From Bugula neritina (Eukaryota; Animalia; Bryozoa), in NCBI GenBank assembly GCA_964035545.1, contig OZ037767.1, positions 13,563,801 to 13,627,800 on the forward strand: a stretch of 64,000 nt of DNA, in the 5' to 3' direction. Position numbers and translations under genes: made by a program. Below the pieces are notes generated by a model. That model saw only the letters and a list, made by a program, of their open reading frames with translations. It searched no databases and was not told the origin of the DNA. This document shows positions 12,701 to 24,868 of the stretch, one piece after another (position 1 is the first letter of the stretch; the number at the start of each line of letters is the position of its first letter).

Positions 12701-15700
12701 CTCGAACAGTTTTTGTCTCACATTAACAAATTTTACATGAAAAGATAGCTCTTGCATTCCTCTTTCATATACTTTTTTAATTTTTCAATAAAAAATTTTT
12801 TGAGAAAGTTGTTGCATAATAAGTAAAATTTTACACCCTCCATGTTCCACTGCTGTAGCACAGGGGATTCATTTTATAAAGTATAAAAGTTAAACTTGAC
12901 ATTCCTTGATATGTTTTCTCTAATATACTTTCTTTGTTTTTTGAAATTCTGTTTATGCTCTTCACAATTTGGTAAAAACATACACCATTTTGCAAGTTTC
13001 ACTGCAATTTTCTAAATTCTTCATATGGTGGTTCTAGCTACGCTCCTGTGACTAATTATAACATTCCTAGTACGTTTGCCGCTCTGCGCTATCACAATAA
13101 CATATAGTACCCTCTCGCACAAATTGGCAGTCTATTGGATTTCTGCCAATATAATGTTCCCTGTTTTACATTAGCACTTAGCTGAATCATCTCACTATGT
13201 TACAATAATATATTGAAAATGCCTCAGCACAACATAATTCTTTGTTTGTTTGGCAGAGTTAATTTCAGCTAAATCACTTCACTTTGCAGTCTTGTCAGTA
13301 AAGGTCTGTCTATAGAGCAGCAGGTGCACTTTCAGTTTCTCTAATTCACATATGATTATTTTAAGTACATTGTATTCTATAAGATCAATTTAGGGTTTAG
13401 TCTAGTGTTCAGTATTTAATTATTATGCATGTATGTTGTCTTACTGTTGAACAAAAGTTAAAAAAAACTTTACAATTATAGCCATATTTATTATACATGC
13501 GTAGGATTTGCATAAGTTGACAAAAAAAATTGCAACAAAACAGGGTTGAACCATAACCAACTAACTCCTCGCCGAGGCCTCTAACCTCTAGACCACGCAG
13601 TCATCGATAATAACATGCGCACTATATGAGTAACTATCATTACATAAATATTTCGCGCGCAAAAGGGTTATAATTATTAGGCTGTCAATTCATGTTGATA
13701 GCAGTCAACTGTTGCAATAGTATCGGGTTACTAGCAAAGCTAATGGTTTTGAACAAATAACCCAAAAGTTTAAAAATAAGTAGCTTGCGTATTACTAGCT
13801 ACAAAAACAGGTCTGAAATAGACTGGTAAAGCAAGCTCTTATTGTAGAGTTTGCAGATGTGCTCTAAAATAAAACTTAAACTGTATGGTATTACATAAGT
13901 ATTTGTATGCGAGAGATAAATGGACATTACTGAGTTTCTGGAAAACAACATACTTGAAGTTAACTTTGACAATGGTGTGTTATTTTCATCATACACTAGC
14001 ACAGATAGGGCCTATAGCATAAATCTCTAATCATATGAATCTTTATGAAGCCCACAGCTCATGTAAGGGTGGCAAATGTAATTTGAAACTAAAAATTATG
14101 TTGCTGCATTTTGTCTAAGGTATATTAGAGAGCAGAATTTGGTTTTACTAGCCTGCCCCAACGGCATTCTACAATGCAGCTTATATGCTGGCAGTTGTAA
14201 TAAGTACTGCCAATAGCAAGGTTACTATCACTGCTAGCTCTGTGCAGTATGTAACCTCTTGAATAATTGCGCCAATTTTAAACTCTTGGAAGTTGGCCAA
14301 GTTATCATATCGCAGCCAGCCACCGGAGACAAAGCATCAGAGCTATTCATATAATATTATACTGATGCACTTGGTAGCAGAGTGGCTAATCTAATATAGT
14401 TCATAGTTCAACACCCTTTACTTTGGGAATACAGCCTCTTTTTTTAGGTTTACCTTACAAAGCATGAAAATATCTAAACTGATATTCTGATAATTTAGAG
14501 GTACATTTTGAAAACTAGGTTAATTGCACTTGTTTGCACAACAACAATAATAAATTAGATACTATGCAGGATAATAAAAACACACATAATACTATATAAT
14601 ATATTATAGTGATAATAATATAATATTATAAGTACCATTACTGCATTTTATAAATTACATGGTTGCCAAAAAAATGTATCACAAATTTTGTAATTATACA
14701 TCAAAAATAGAACTAGCTAGGCAGCAGGTTAGAATAGAGTAAATTTTTAAAACATGAAATCATGATTTGACTATTGTTTTATTTAGGCCAACCAACCTAG
14801 GAATACAAGATTGGGTTTTAGCTGACAGTTTATAACATTTAGCTTTTGAGCCAGCAGCACTGGCACTTGTGAAGTATAGGCAAAGTTAGTGAAGCGAGAC
14901 TAACAAGCACTCAAATACAAGGCATATTGAGACACAATAACAAGTCAGGAGCGTATAAATTGAAAAGAATGTGGAAGGGGGACTATGTTTTTCAACAAGC
15001 TATAACTTAAACATGAATTGGCTTTTGAAAAAAATAAAAAAGTATATTGGAGAACATAAGTTTCTTTATCTTTTCATATTTTTTTTGTTCTTGTGACATT
15101 CAACCTGTTCGAGCTATCAGTGGAACATTGTTCATATAGAACATAAAGCACCTGGCAAAGAGCCAGAAAATGAAAAGTATGACCTTAAACCAACTGTGAA
15201 TTGCTTGTTCATTACTTTTTATGAAATTCTAGTTGTGGACATTTAGATATCAATGATTTATCGATTACTGTATAGTGCGACATGTTGGTGATATTCTTCC
15301 TGACCACATCTTTCTGTAAACTTTGCATAGAATTGGCATCTTGCACGACAATATGGACAACTACAACCCCATCAGTCTACAAGGAGGTGGCCAAGACCCT
15401 GAGGCTAATCCCGAGGAAGATGAAGTAGATGAAGGGCTAAAGAAAGAGGAGACAACTCTGAACACATCTGGAGGACTGGATCCACTGACCAAGTTACCAG
15501 GTGAGACTTTATAGTCGCCACTTGTTTTGTGTATTATGTGACTATGTAGTTTTTTTTACAGTGAAGGTGTGATCGTGTAGCATTGAATTCTATCACTTGA
15601 CCTGCAGTTAGTCATTTCCCCAACATCTACGTGGTTGTTGAATTTACCTAAGTTTACATTTCGACAACCAAAGTTTATAATGCTCGGAGCACTTTCAAAG

Positions 15701-15803
15701 TTTTTAGCCAATCAAATGAGTTGTTATTGTAGAAGGAGGTATGACCAGAGCTCCTACAGGATTATCTCACGCCACTACAGAAGCTTTATCAGAGGTGCCC
15801 TAA
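6759..15803 (+). CDS. PPP1R36: Protein phosphatase 1 regulatory subunit 36, 14 exons (starts ~6759, 7266, 7942, 8632, 9276, 9814, 10248, 10980, 11405, 11970, 12123, 12394, 15331, 15733)
   Basis: Phase-consistent GT-AG exons giving VMLEDIKAV, YCHLVLGVGLDEAHHMGCG, YTYCCFVVWITFRR..EMGTLLRSDTFN, KRPAIKSIINQRSPAIVSILPSSREEA, matching recalled PPP1R36 motifs (YCILVLGL..HHMCCG, KRPAIKKAINMRSP). Confidence 0.88.
7369..7448 (-). mobile_element. tRNA-derived SINE (partial second copy at 7581-7630)
   Basis: Minus strand has A box tggtgtgatgattag and B box gggttcaagtccc, with no complete cloverleaf; similar to 43743-43820. Confidence 0.7.
8301..8532. mobile_element. Degenerate hAT (Charlie-like) MITE
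   Basis: Termini caggggttagcaac...gttaccctg, internal gggccaca motifs, imperfect 8-bp TSD aactagac/cactagat. Confidence 0.6.
10692..10995 (+). repeat. ~43-45 bp minisatellite made of copies of a PPP1R36 3' splice junction (7 units including the true acceptor)
   Basis: Unit tatctattcccag|gttctttacagtatatagtaatata versus true junction tctattcctag|gttctctacac at 10979/10980. Confidence 0.85.
11500..11777 (+). repeat. 21-bp intronic minisatellite (~13 units, cccagcttaacagtagctcct)
   Basis: Direct tandem array starting ~20 nt after the donor at 11478; it accounts for the spurious SWEELLL ORF. Confidence 0.95.
12624..15198. mobile_element. 2.57-kb non-autonomous DNA transposon with long imperfect TIRs (CMC/EnSpm-like)
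   Basis: Perfect 20-bp inverted ends CACAGTTGGTTTAAGGTCAT, imperfect inversion extending ~230 bp (e.g. gatagctcgaacag ~12698 / ctgttcgagctatc ~15105), AA on both flanks. No transposase ORF seen. Confidence 0.75.
13541..13600 (-). mobile_element. Degenerate tRNA-derived SINE head
   Basis: Minus strand gtggtctagaggttagagg...ggttcaaccctg has A/B-box spacing. Confidence 0.45.
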
Positions 15804-16320
15804 CTATATCGTCATTCGCCACAAGAAATCAGGCTACATAGTTTTTATCTCAATCTAAGAGACTGCAAAGCAGTTGAAGTTTACCATTCTTAAAACTGCT
15901 TTAAAGTCTCTACCTCTAACTAACTACTGGACCAAAGCTGCCCACTCCTAATACTATAACAAACTTCATTAAATTGAATTTTTTAATCATCTGTTATAAA
16001 TGAACATATTTAGCCTACAAAGCATTTAGTAAATCCGTAAACAGAAACTTTGTAGAGTGCTACAGTATTGTGCAGGTAACTATATGAGAAATGAGATTTA
16101 AACATATAAAATGTTATGATAAGACATTGAATATGTGAATTACTCATGTGACATAACTGCACATGCAATATTTTTCAAGACTAAGTATATTATTTTGAAC
16201 TATGATTTTGTTGTAACAATGCTTTTGTCTTTTAAAAACACATGATAACTTTATGATTCATTTTTTATGATACGTGCCTATTTACAATTAAAATTACTCA
16301 GCATTATAAGAAATAAGATT

Positions 16321-16334
16321 TTTATTTAAATAAA
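16321..16334. terminator. Palindromic pair of poly(A) signals between convergent genes
   Basis: TTTATTTAAATAAA is a perfect palindrome with AATAAA on both strands, between the stop codons at 15803 (+) and 16460 (-). Confidence 0.45.
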
Positions 16335-16459
16335 TTATATAAAATATTGCAAATGAAAATTAAAAATACTTTTAGAGTTTCAACACAAAACAGATCGAAA
16401 TTTTCAAAAACAGAACAAAATACAAATACGTTATTTAATTAAATTTAAGGTTTATACCT

Positions 16460-19400
16460 TTAATATTGTCTTTCCGATAACCTGTAACATAAACATTAAA
16501 TTGTTATCATTATAAGGACATGATACCATCAGTATGTGACATCATCAGTATGTGACACAATCAGTATGTGATATCATCAGTATGTGACATCATCAGTATG
16601 TGACATCATTAGTACGTGACATCATCAGTACGTGACATCATCAGTATGTGACATCATCAGGATGTGACATAATCAGGATGTGACATAATCAGCATGTGAC
16701 ATAATCAGTATGTGACATCATCAGTATGTGACATCATCAGTCCGTGACATCATCAGTATGTGACATCATCAGTACGTGACATCATCAGTATGTGACATCA
16801 TCAGTATGTGACATTATCAGCATGTGACATCATCAGTATGTGACATCATCAGTATGGCGAATAGCAACAAAATTCAGCAGCTTCAAGTTTCTTGCAATAA
16901 ATAGATTCCAACACCAAGCAGCTGGGATTTCATTTACAGCGACAAATGTGAATTTAAAACCAGAATTTGTAGTAGAATGGTTTTATACGCAGCTCCGAGT
17001 TGAGGGTGACTGAGTGCAGTAGCTTGAGATTCTTAAGCTTGAAGTTGGGAGTATAAATTGGAACATGGAACCCCAACTTCAAACTCGAGAATTTCAAGCT
17101 ATTGCACTCAGTCACCCCCAACTTGGAGCTGCTTATAGAATCATTCTTTATGGTAACTGAGCAGAGAAATTTTTAGCTTAGTGTCTGAGTATATAAAAAA
17201 TATGTAAAGACAAGATGTATAGCGATTCCCTTTACTTTACGTCTTCAAGGACACCCAACACTCACCTGGATGGTGTGCGAAGTTGATGCTGCAGCCAATT
17301 TCTTCTGCGTCGAACTCGCAACTCTATGAACACACAGCCTAGAATCAACACTCCCACATTTACAGAGATGCATACTGTGAGTATGGTAGTCTTTAGTGCT
17401 GGAGGTAGAGAGTTGAACAGCCTGCAGGAGGCAAGGCTATTATTCTGGCTGGGTATGGCAGCTAGTCCTGCTTTACTAAACTCCTGGCTTCCATTTATAT
17501 CTCTTTCCTTCAGCTTTGTAACTTCTACCAATCATATACACAGCAATATCAGTTGATATATACAGCAGTATCAGTTGATATACGCAGCAATATCAGTTGA
17601 TATACGCAGCAATATCAGTTGATATACACAGCAATATCAGTTGATATACGCAGCAATATCAGTTGATATACACAGCAACATCAGTTGATATACGCAGCAA
17701 TATCAGTTGATATATACAGCAATACTAATAATTATACATCAGAATACAAATAGTTATACACAATACCAGTAATTATACACATATACAATTGAAACTCTAC
17801 AACCTGAGCCAAACAACAGAGATATTCCTCTCACCAATCTCACAGTATTTCCCCACATAGAGATCCACACACAAGCACTGGAATCTTCTAGAGTTATTTC
17901 CCTTTTCAATACAAGTTCCGCCATTAAAACAATGAATTCTGTCGCAGGGACTGATGTATGATTCACAAGAAGAACCCGTGTAACCTGGAAATAAGAATGG
18001 TATTGAATGGTTACATTTTTAGTAACTATTAACAACTAAAACCATTAGCAAAATAGATAATGTAAGTGGTGTTAATACAGTAGTTGAAAGGGAAAATTTT
18101 AACCAAATTTATGATGATTCATTATTATTGTCATTAATTGCTTAAATTGTCATTTTGTCCATTCTGAAGAATTTCATTATCAACATCAAGTTGCCTTCTT
18201 TTTTACATTATAAGGAAATAACTCCAAAAATTACTTTGTATTTGATTTTTGTATGATGCCAACCAAGTATACTATTTTACTTCCTAGTTTTAAAGCCCTA
18301 CAGTGGTGATAACTATTATAGACTAATAACATAGACTAAGAGTTTATACCTGTATTACAAACACATATAGGGCCACTGTGTGTAGAGTAACATTTACTGT
18401 TGGAGAAGCACTCGTATGAACTGCAGTAATCTATAGCACTCTCGCATCTACTTCCTGTCCAGCCGCTATTACACAGACATCTAAAGTCACCGAGATCGTC
18501 TGATAAACATCTTCCTTCAACACAGGGATTCGAGTCGCAGTGGTTTATCTTATTCTCACAGATCTCTCCGGTATAACCGCGTGGACAGACACACGTAACT
18601 GTGCTGTTATACAAACAGACGTCAGTGTGTCTGCATTTAGATAGACAGAGTTGTCTCCTCATATCTAATTCACAGTGTGTTCCTTCGAACCCCAACGGAC
18701 AGGTGCATTGATAGGTTCCCCGGCCTACAGTAGAAGAATACTGAGGCTAACTGAGACACAAAACCAACATATGTGACACAGGAGAAATTATGACTGAATG
18801 CTCTTCCTAACATCACCAATGACCTTTGTTGGGGTTTGAACCCATTACCTCATGTTTACTAAGCAAACGCTCTAACCCCTAGACTATGGCTGCTCCCTCA
18901 ACCAAATATATAATTAGTCAATAAAATAGAGTACTATATGCAAACAGACCAGAGAGAATGTTACTAGGCAATGCTGACACATTTGGCGAGTTCCTGTGCC
19001 ACACTATGAATGACTCACCATTGACGCACGTGCCACCATTCTGACACACTTCCTGTCCGTCACACTCGTCATAGTCCAGCTCACAGTATTTCCCACTAGC
19101 CCCAGCACCACAGTGACAAATAAACCCTAAGGGGGTGTCTTCGCACCTCCCGTCATACGCACAGGGTGAGCTTCTGCAGGAATCATAATCATCAACACAT
19201 TTTTCCTCTCCTCTTATTTTCTACAGATGAACATTTTTTGAGTAGCAAGATTCTTAACAGGAAGTGCTGATAAATATTGGGGGCTATTGACAGGCCCCCT
19301 CAAAGGGCATAGAACAGAGGCTATTCTTGTAACGCGGGAAAAGGTTACCATATGGTCACCTTACTCCACACTTGCATCCTATAAAGCATTTGGTAGCATC

Positions 19401-22400
19401 TTATTTCTATTACTAGATAGATATTTACACGTATATTGGCAGCATTTGCACAATGGCAGCATCCAGATAATGGGTCAATATTACTTGGGCATAGTGAGAA
19501 GCAAATTTGCAAGTGTAGAAAACTGCATTTATACTAAATGCTGACAACTTCTATTTGTCAGAATTTTATTAGAAATGCGGAAACTTTCTTTTTTATCCAA
19601 AAATTCAGATACATGCTTTAAGAAATGTTTGATTAGCTTTCGACACACAAAATAACTATAATTTTCACAGCAATCATCATAAAAATATATTTTTAAATAG
19701 CAATTATCAACATAACATAGCTATAAATATGTTAACAATAACAAGCAGATGACAGTAACTATGATCAGCACGCAACTAAATAAGACACTTGATGAACTGT
19801 TGCATAAATTAGGCTATAAGTCACTAGCAGTTGGGGAGATAACTCTTAATATGTACACATAACCCACTAAGTAATCATGTAATATATTATAGGTGTACAG
19901 AACTGTGATGAAATGATACACTTACCGCTGTCCCAGGAGCACATATACACCAAAACAGTCTGCCTGGACCATCTATACACGTGCTGTTGGCACCACAAGG
20001 CAGCGACAGCAGACATTCGTCCAAATCTACTTCACAACTTTCTCCTGTAAACACGAAATGGTGCACTTACTCAGAAATGAGTTCTATTTCTTAGAATAAC
20101 CTGGCTTTATGCAAAATAGTAAGACAACTTTAATTATTCAAAAACTACACACATGACTATAATATAATAGGTTGTTGCTGAAAAGTTATTTAAAACATAA
20201 CACATGGTTAAAAAATATTTGATATTTTATAGAAAAAATAGGTCAATGAGCACAATATGTCACTATAATTGTGAAATATTGTAAATAATGAATGTAAAGA
20301 AAGTAGAAGACAACTTCCAAAGACAAACCTGAGTAACCGTCTAGACAGTCGCAGACATAACTGTCATGCAAAGACACACAACTCCCGCCATTTAAACACG
20401 TGACATTCACACAGTAGTCGGGTTCTATCTCGCACCTCTTTCCACTGTAGCCTGAGGGACATTCACACATGTAGTCATTTACGAGGTCTCTACACCTAGC
20501 CCCCATTCCACAGAGTACACCCTCACAGTCATCTTTGTCTATCTCACAGTAGATACCTTGTGGACATGCAGTTGAAACATGTTTAACAGAATGGATTGCG
20601 CAATGATGTAGGTGTAGTATAATAAATACTACATACTGTTAAAACATGAGAATTGATAGGAAAGATGTATCATAATAGCAAAAGAAATTATAACATAGAA
20701 TAAAACCAGGTACATATGATACAAAATAGGATATTGTAACATAAGATAGTATATGTTATGTTATAATATAGTTTATAATGTAGGACATAACAAAGGATAT
20801 GACAAAAGATATTGCATGAAATATAACATAAGGTATCATAACTTAGTATATAGCATAGGATATTATAGCAATTAGGATTATTCTTGATACCATAACCAAT
20901 AAAAACTGATTTCCTCCAATCACCAACTTTACCTTGATAGCCGGGTGCACATAAACAAGAGAAGCCATCAATGAGGTCTAGACAAGTGCCTCTCTCCCCA
21001 CATAGATCTCTACCATTCAGACTCTCACACTCGTCTATGTTCACCTGGCAGAACATTCCGGTAAAACCTGCAGCAGAATAATTGGGGCAAACACTGGAGC
21101 AATATTGACATACGAGAACAATGCATGTAATCACTGCATTTCCATTGCTTTGTATCATGCAATGGATGCTCTTACGATGAATTTGTGGTTGCGGTTTCAT
21201 TCGATGCAACTGTTTCCAAACATCAAATGCTTGTAAACAGAATGATATTGTGAATATTTATAAATATTGATATAAGTTTATAGAGCTAGAAAGGGCTTTT
21301 GAATTGGAAAAAATTATAGAAAATCGGAGAATGATGAATGGCTATCAGAATAAGACCGAAGAGATCCAACATCACTCTTGATGGCTGATCGGAAACAAGA
21401 GCCTTAAATCTACGAGCAGTGATTAAAAGAGATGAAACACTCACTCAGATTTGAGCAGATACTGTTTTAAATTTAGAAGAGAAAAACAGTCAGCACTGAG
21501 TAATAATCAGAATAGACTTGGAGTTTTCCCCACTTCATTACTTTATAAATAGTTTTTCCCTAATGCAATCAAATTATTTCTTACGAAGTAGTGTACTATG
21601 GTTTCACTGTTTAATGACATACAAGGAGTTGTTTTCCTTAGTAGCAGTATTGGATCATCTTGCACTACTTACCAAAGCAGCATTCATGTTTGGAGTTTTC
21701 ACATTTTTCTACATGGTAAATAAATTTTTCCCTAGTGTAATTGAAGCATTTTTTACTTAGTAACATATATCACAGGGTTTCCTATATCAGGAGTTGTATT
21801 TTTTAGTAACAGTAGTAGGTCTTCTTACACTAGTCACCGTGAAGAAGGTTTCTTTACACCTACCAGGTTGGCAGCAGCACTCGTGTTTGGAGGGATCTGA
21901 TTTGCTGATGATGTAAGTGGCATCATTCCAGCAGAACCGACTTCTGGGTGCGAAAGGAGACGGTTTCATCTTCTTGAGGAAATAATCTGCAATTTAACAG
22001 CAGCTTTTGCCATAAACAAGAACAGGAAATAAAGTCAACAGAATTGTAAACTTTTAAACAAATCGCTAATACAATAATACAATACATACTAGTAGTAATA
22101 CAATACATACTAGTAGTAATACAATACGCACTCTTAGTAAAAGTGAAATCATCAAGTGCTATCACAGTCTCTTCATTGCCATTAACCCAAAAAGTCTCTC
22201 CAGTTATGATTATCTACAGAAAAAAAAATCATTAGCTCACTTAAGTTTTCGTGGTTGACTTTTTGTTTGTCTGATTTAGAAAAGTGTTAGTAAAACAATG
22301 AGAAAAGCAAATTTTCACATATCAAAAGTTGTATACAGGGACACTAAATTCTGGATTCCGAAACAAAAAACGCTGTACATTTGTGGAGCAATTTTGTTAA

Positions 22401-23736
22401 TATATTTAAATCAAAATTCTCATCTTTCTTACATGAACGACTGAAGTCATGCATGAGTAGCCATGACATATTTACATACTAGCTGACAACACATGTTTTT
22501 GAAAAAAGAGGATAACTTAAGTTCAATTTTAACTGATTCTAAAACCCATCATTTGAGTATGGAACTAACACATGATCAACACAAACCTTGTAATCAGAAC
22601 AGTGAGAAATACTTATTTCTTTAGACTGTTTCCACCCAGTACCTCCACCAGTCTGCACAGTGTAGAGAACAATGTGATTTGCTGGGTTACAAGATGCCGT
22701 TAGAGAGATGGAGACTGTGAGTTTAGCGTTAGTTCCGGCCAGGAAGTACCTGTGTAGAGCGCAGAATAATGGAGTACTCACTCAGTAAGCCACTTAGGAG
22801 GCAGCAACTTGCAGTTACTTGACTAAAAATTGGTGGTCTTTTGATTCATTGATTCATTCACTCAATTATGTGTGTACTAAACCATTTACTGAATCATTGA
22901 CTGAGTAATTTACTAAGCCATCTAATGAGTCATCCAACAGTTCAACAACTGTATATTAATAACACAGCATTGTGATTCTAATTTATTTTTCGCAAAGGCA
23001 AAGTGTTGTAATCTCACCAGAATCTAAATATTCGGCCTTGACCTCCACGGACAGTCTTTTCTAGAATGGCCGACTTATTTGAAGTTGAGTTTTCTGTAGC
23101 CGCCATGCTTCTCAGCACCCACATATATCCTGTTTGCAACAACAAATGCATTCTACACTGAGTAATATAATCACTATACATAAGATGCCCCATACTAAAT
23201 GTAGACAACTAATGTTCTATGACTGAATCATGTTTGTGACAGACATGTTTTATTTTTTTCAGTAAGCTTCAATTGCCAACCTATTAAATGTTTTTAAAAC
23301 TTTCCAAAGCAAAAGTGAAGGATATTTTAAACATACCATCAGAGCTTGGAGAATGATCACTCAGCAGTCCCAATTCTCTCTCTGATGGCAGAGGTAGATT
23401 AGTGAGCTGCCATTCTGATTTGGCAAAACAAGTATGGTCGGCGGCCCAGTAACAAGCAGCAGAAGAGGAAGATGGCGGATAGAAAAAGCACGAGTCTTCT
23501 GCAACATTTAATATAGGTAATGTGATTAGCATCAGAAATAAAAGTTTCTCCTTTTATCCAACAATTAATATTTATTCTGATAAGTAAAATCCCACTAGGT
23601 TAGATATTTAACTTGCTATTAGCAAACGTTTTTTTATTAGAGTTCAGACTAAAACTTTGTCACCAACATTCAACTTTGTCACTCACCCAACTATCACAGT
23701 TTCAGTTTGCACAATCAAGTTTTACATAATTACCAT
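16460..23736 (-). CDS. Type I membrane protein: putative signal peptide, MAM-like domain, ~11 EGF repeats, TM helix, short basic tail
   Basis: Spliced exons give MAM-like FRFWYF...GWKQ...IALDDFTF, calcium-binding EGF repeats (NIDEC, DLDEC, DYDEC), TM ILTVCISVNVGVLILGCVFI and tail RVRRRRNWLQHQLRTPSRLSERQY*. Start uncertain (ATG at 23736 spliced to KLLFLMLITLPILNVA, or ATG at 23532). Confidence 0.8.
16527..16856. repeat. 16-bp minisatellite (tcagtatgtgacatca, ~20 units)
   Basis: Tandem array in the last intron of the EGF gene. Confidence 0.95.
16974..17147. mobile_element. Palindromic MITE-like hairpin
   Basis: ~75-bp inverted arms (gcagctccgagttgagggtgactgagtgca.../tgcactcagtcacccccaacttggagctgc) around a ~20-nt loop. 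Confidence 0.8.
17535..17725. repeat. 22-bp minisatellite (cagcaatatcagttgatatacg, ~8 units)
   Basis: Tandem array abutting the acceptor of the TM exon. Confidence 0.95.
18780..18895 (-). mobile_element. tRNA-derived SINE, family B
   Basis: tRNA-like head plus conserved tgttaggaagagcat.cagtcataat block; shared with 26300-26492 and 57030-57326. Confidence 0.75.
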
Positions 23737-24868
23737 TTTCCTGAGGTGTGTTGCAAATGGTAAATATATAGAAGTTAGTGCATTATTATAAAGAAAACAT
23801 GAAGTTATAGTAGAGTAATAGAAAAACTGGAAAAAGGTGTGATCTACATAAGAAAAATCGTAAAAGATGTTCAACTCGCATCTCAAACCATAATTTATAA
23901 ATATTTTTAAGTTCCTCCATGGTGAGTATTAACATGTGTAAGAAAATTTATAAAAAAAAGAAAACAGTATGTTAGAATCATGAACTTAAGCATTTAACCC
24001 TTTAGAACTACAAAATCAGAGTTTTCAGTTCCCTGCAAAATTATACACTTTCAGAGGGTAACTTTTATGAGACAATATACACATTGTGAGACCCTTCTGT
24101 TACATTATAAAGCTGGGTTAGTGACATTTATACAATGTTGTACTGCTTCTAAGAAAATGTCAAAAAAAATTTTTACACAAGCATACTGACATTCCTAGAC
24201 CTACATTTAGTAATTTTAAATGAGTATATATAGGAAAACTAACCGAGATATCCTTCACTCTTTCTCAACTTCACTGACTCCACCTAATAAAAAGCAGAGA
24301 AACAATAACTGCAAACCTTCATCAACCATTATTAATTATCACCAATAGGCAATAACCGACTCCAGTTTCTCAGTTGTAATTGCAGAAAGTTCAATATATG
24401 GCAACAAAAGGCAACAGTATGGCAGCTAAGACAGTCATTCAAAAACTCTTTCAAGTGAATACATAAGTTTAATAAAATATCAAAGTATAAACACTTACTG
24501 TTGTGAAAATGACAACTAGAATCACTAATAAATATGAGACACTCATTATATAATATAGTCACAGTCTAATCACTGTATACTCCAGCAGATGGTTGATACG
24601 CTCTTAGCTTATAAGAAATATTCCACCTTAAAGTCAAATACCCCGACAGTTTGAATTTTCTGCAGTTGGCTAGTATAAAATCATGTAGCAAATAACATAC
24701 AGGAGTGGTTGAGCTAGATATATCATGTATTCTCCACTAATTTAATGAGATTGAGTTATACAAAGCCTTCATAAAAGCTATCGGTAATTTTTTTTATAAA
24801 AATATAGCCGAAAACAAATAGAAAAGAAACCGGAAAGACAAAAAGCTTCACTGCATGAAAGCAATGTG

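Noticed and set aside
16460-23736. Notch or Delta/Serrate orthologue
   Set aside because: No DSL, LNR, RAM or ankyrin regions; very short cytoplasmic tail.
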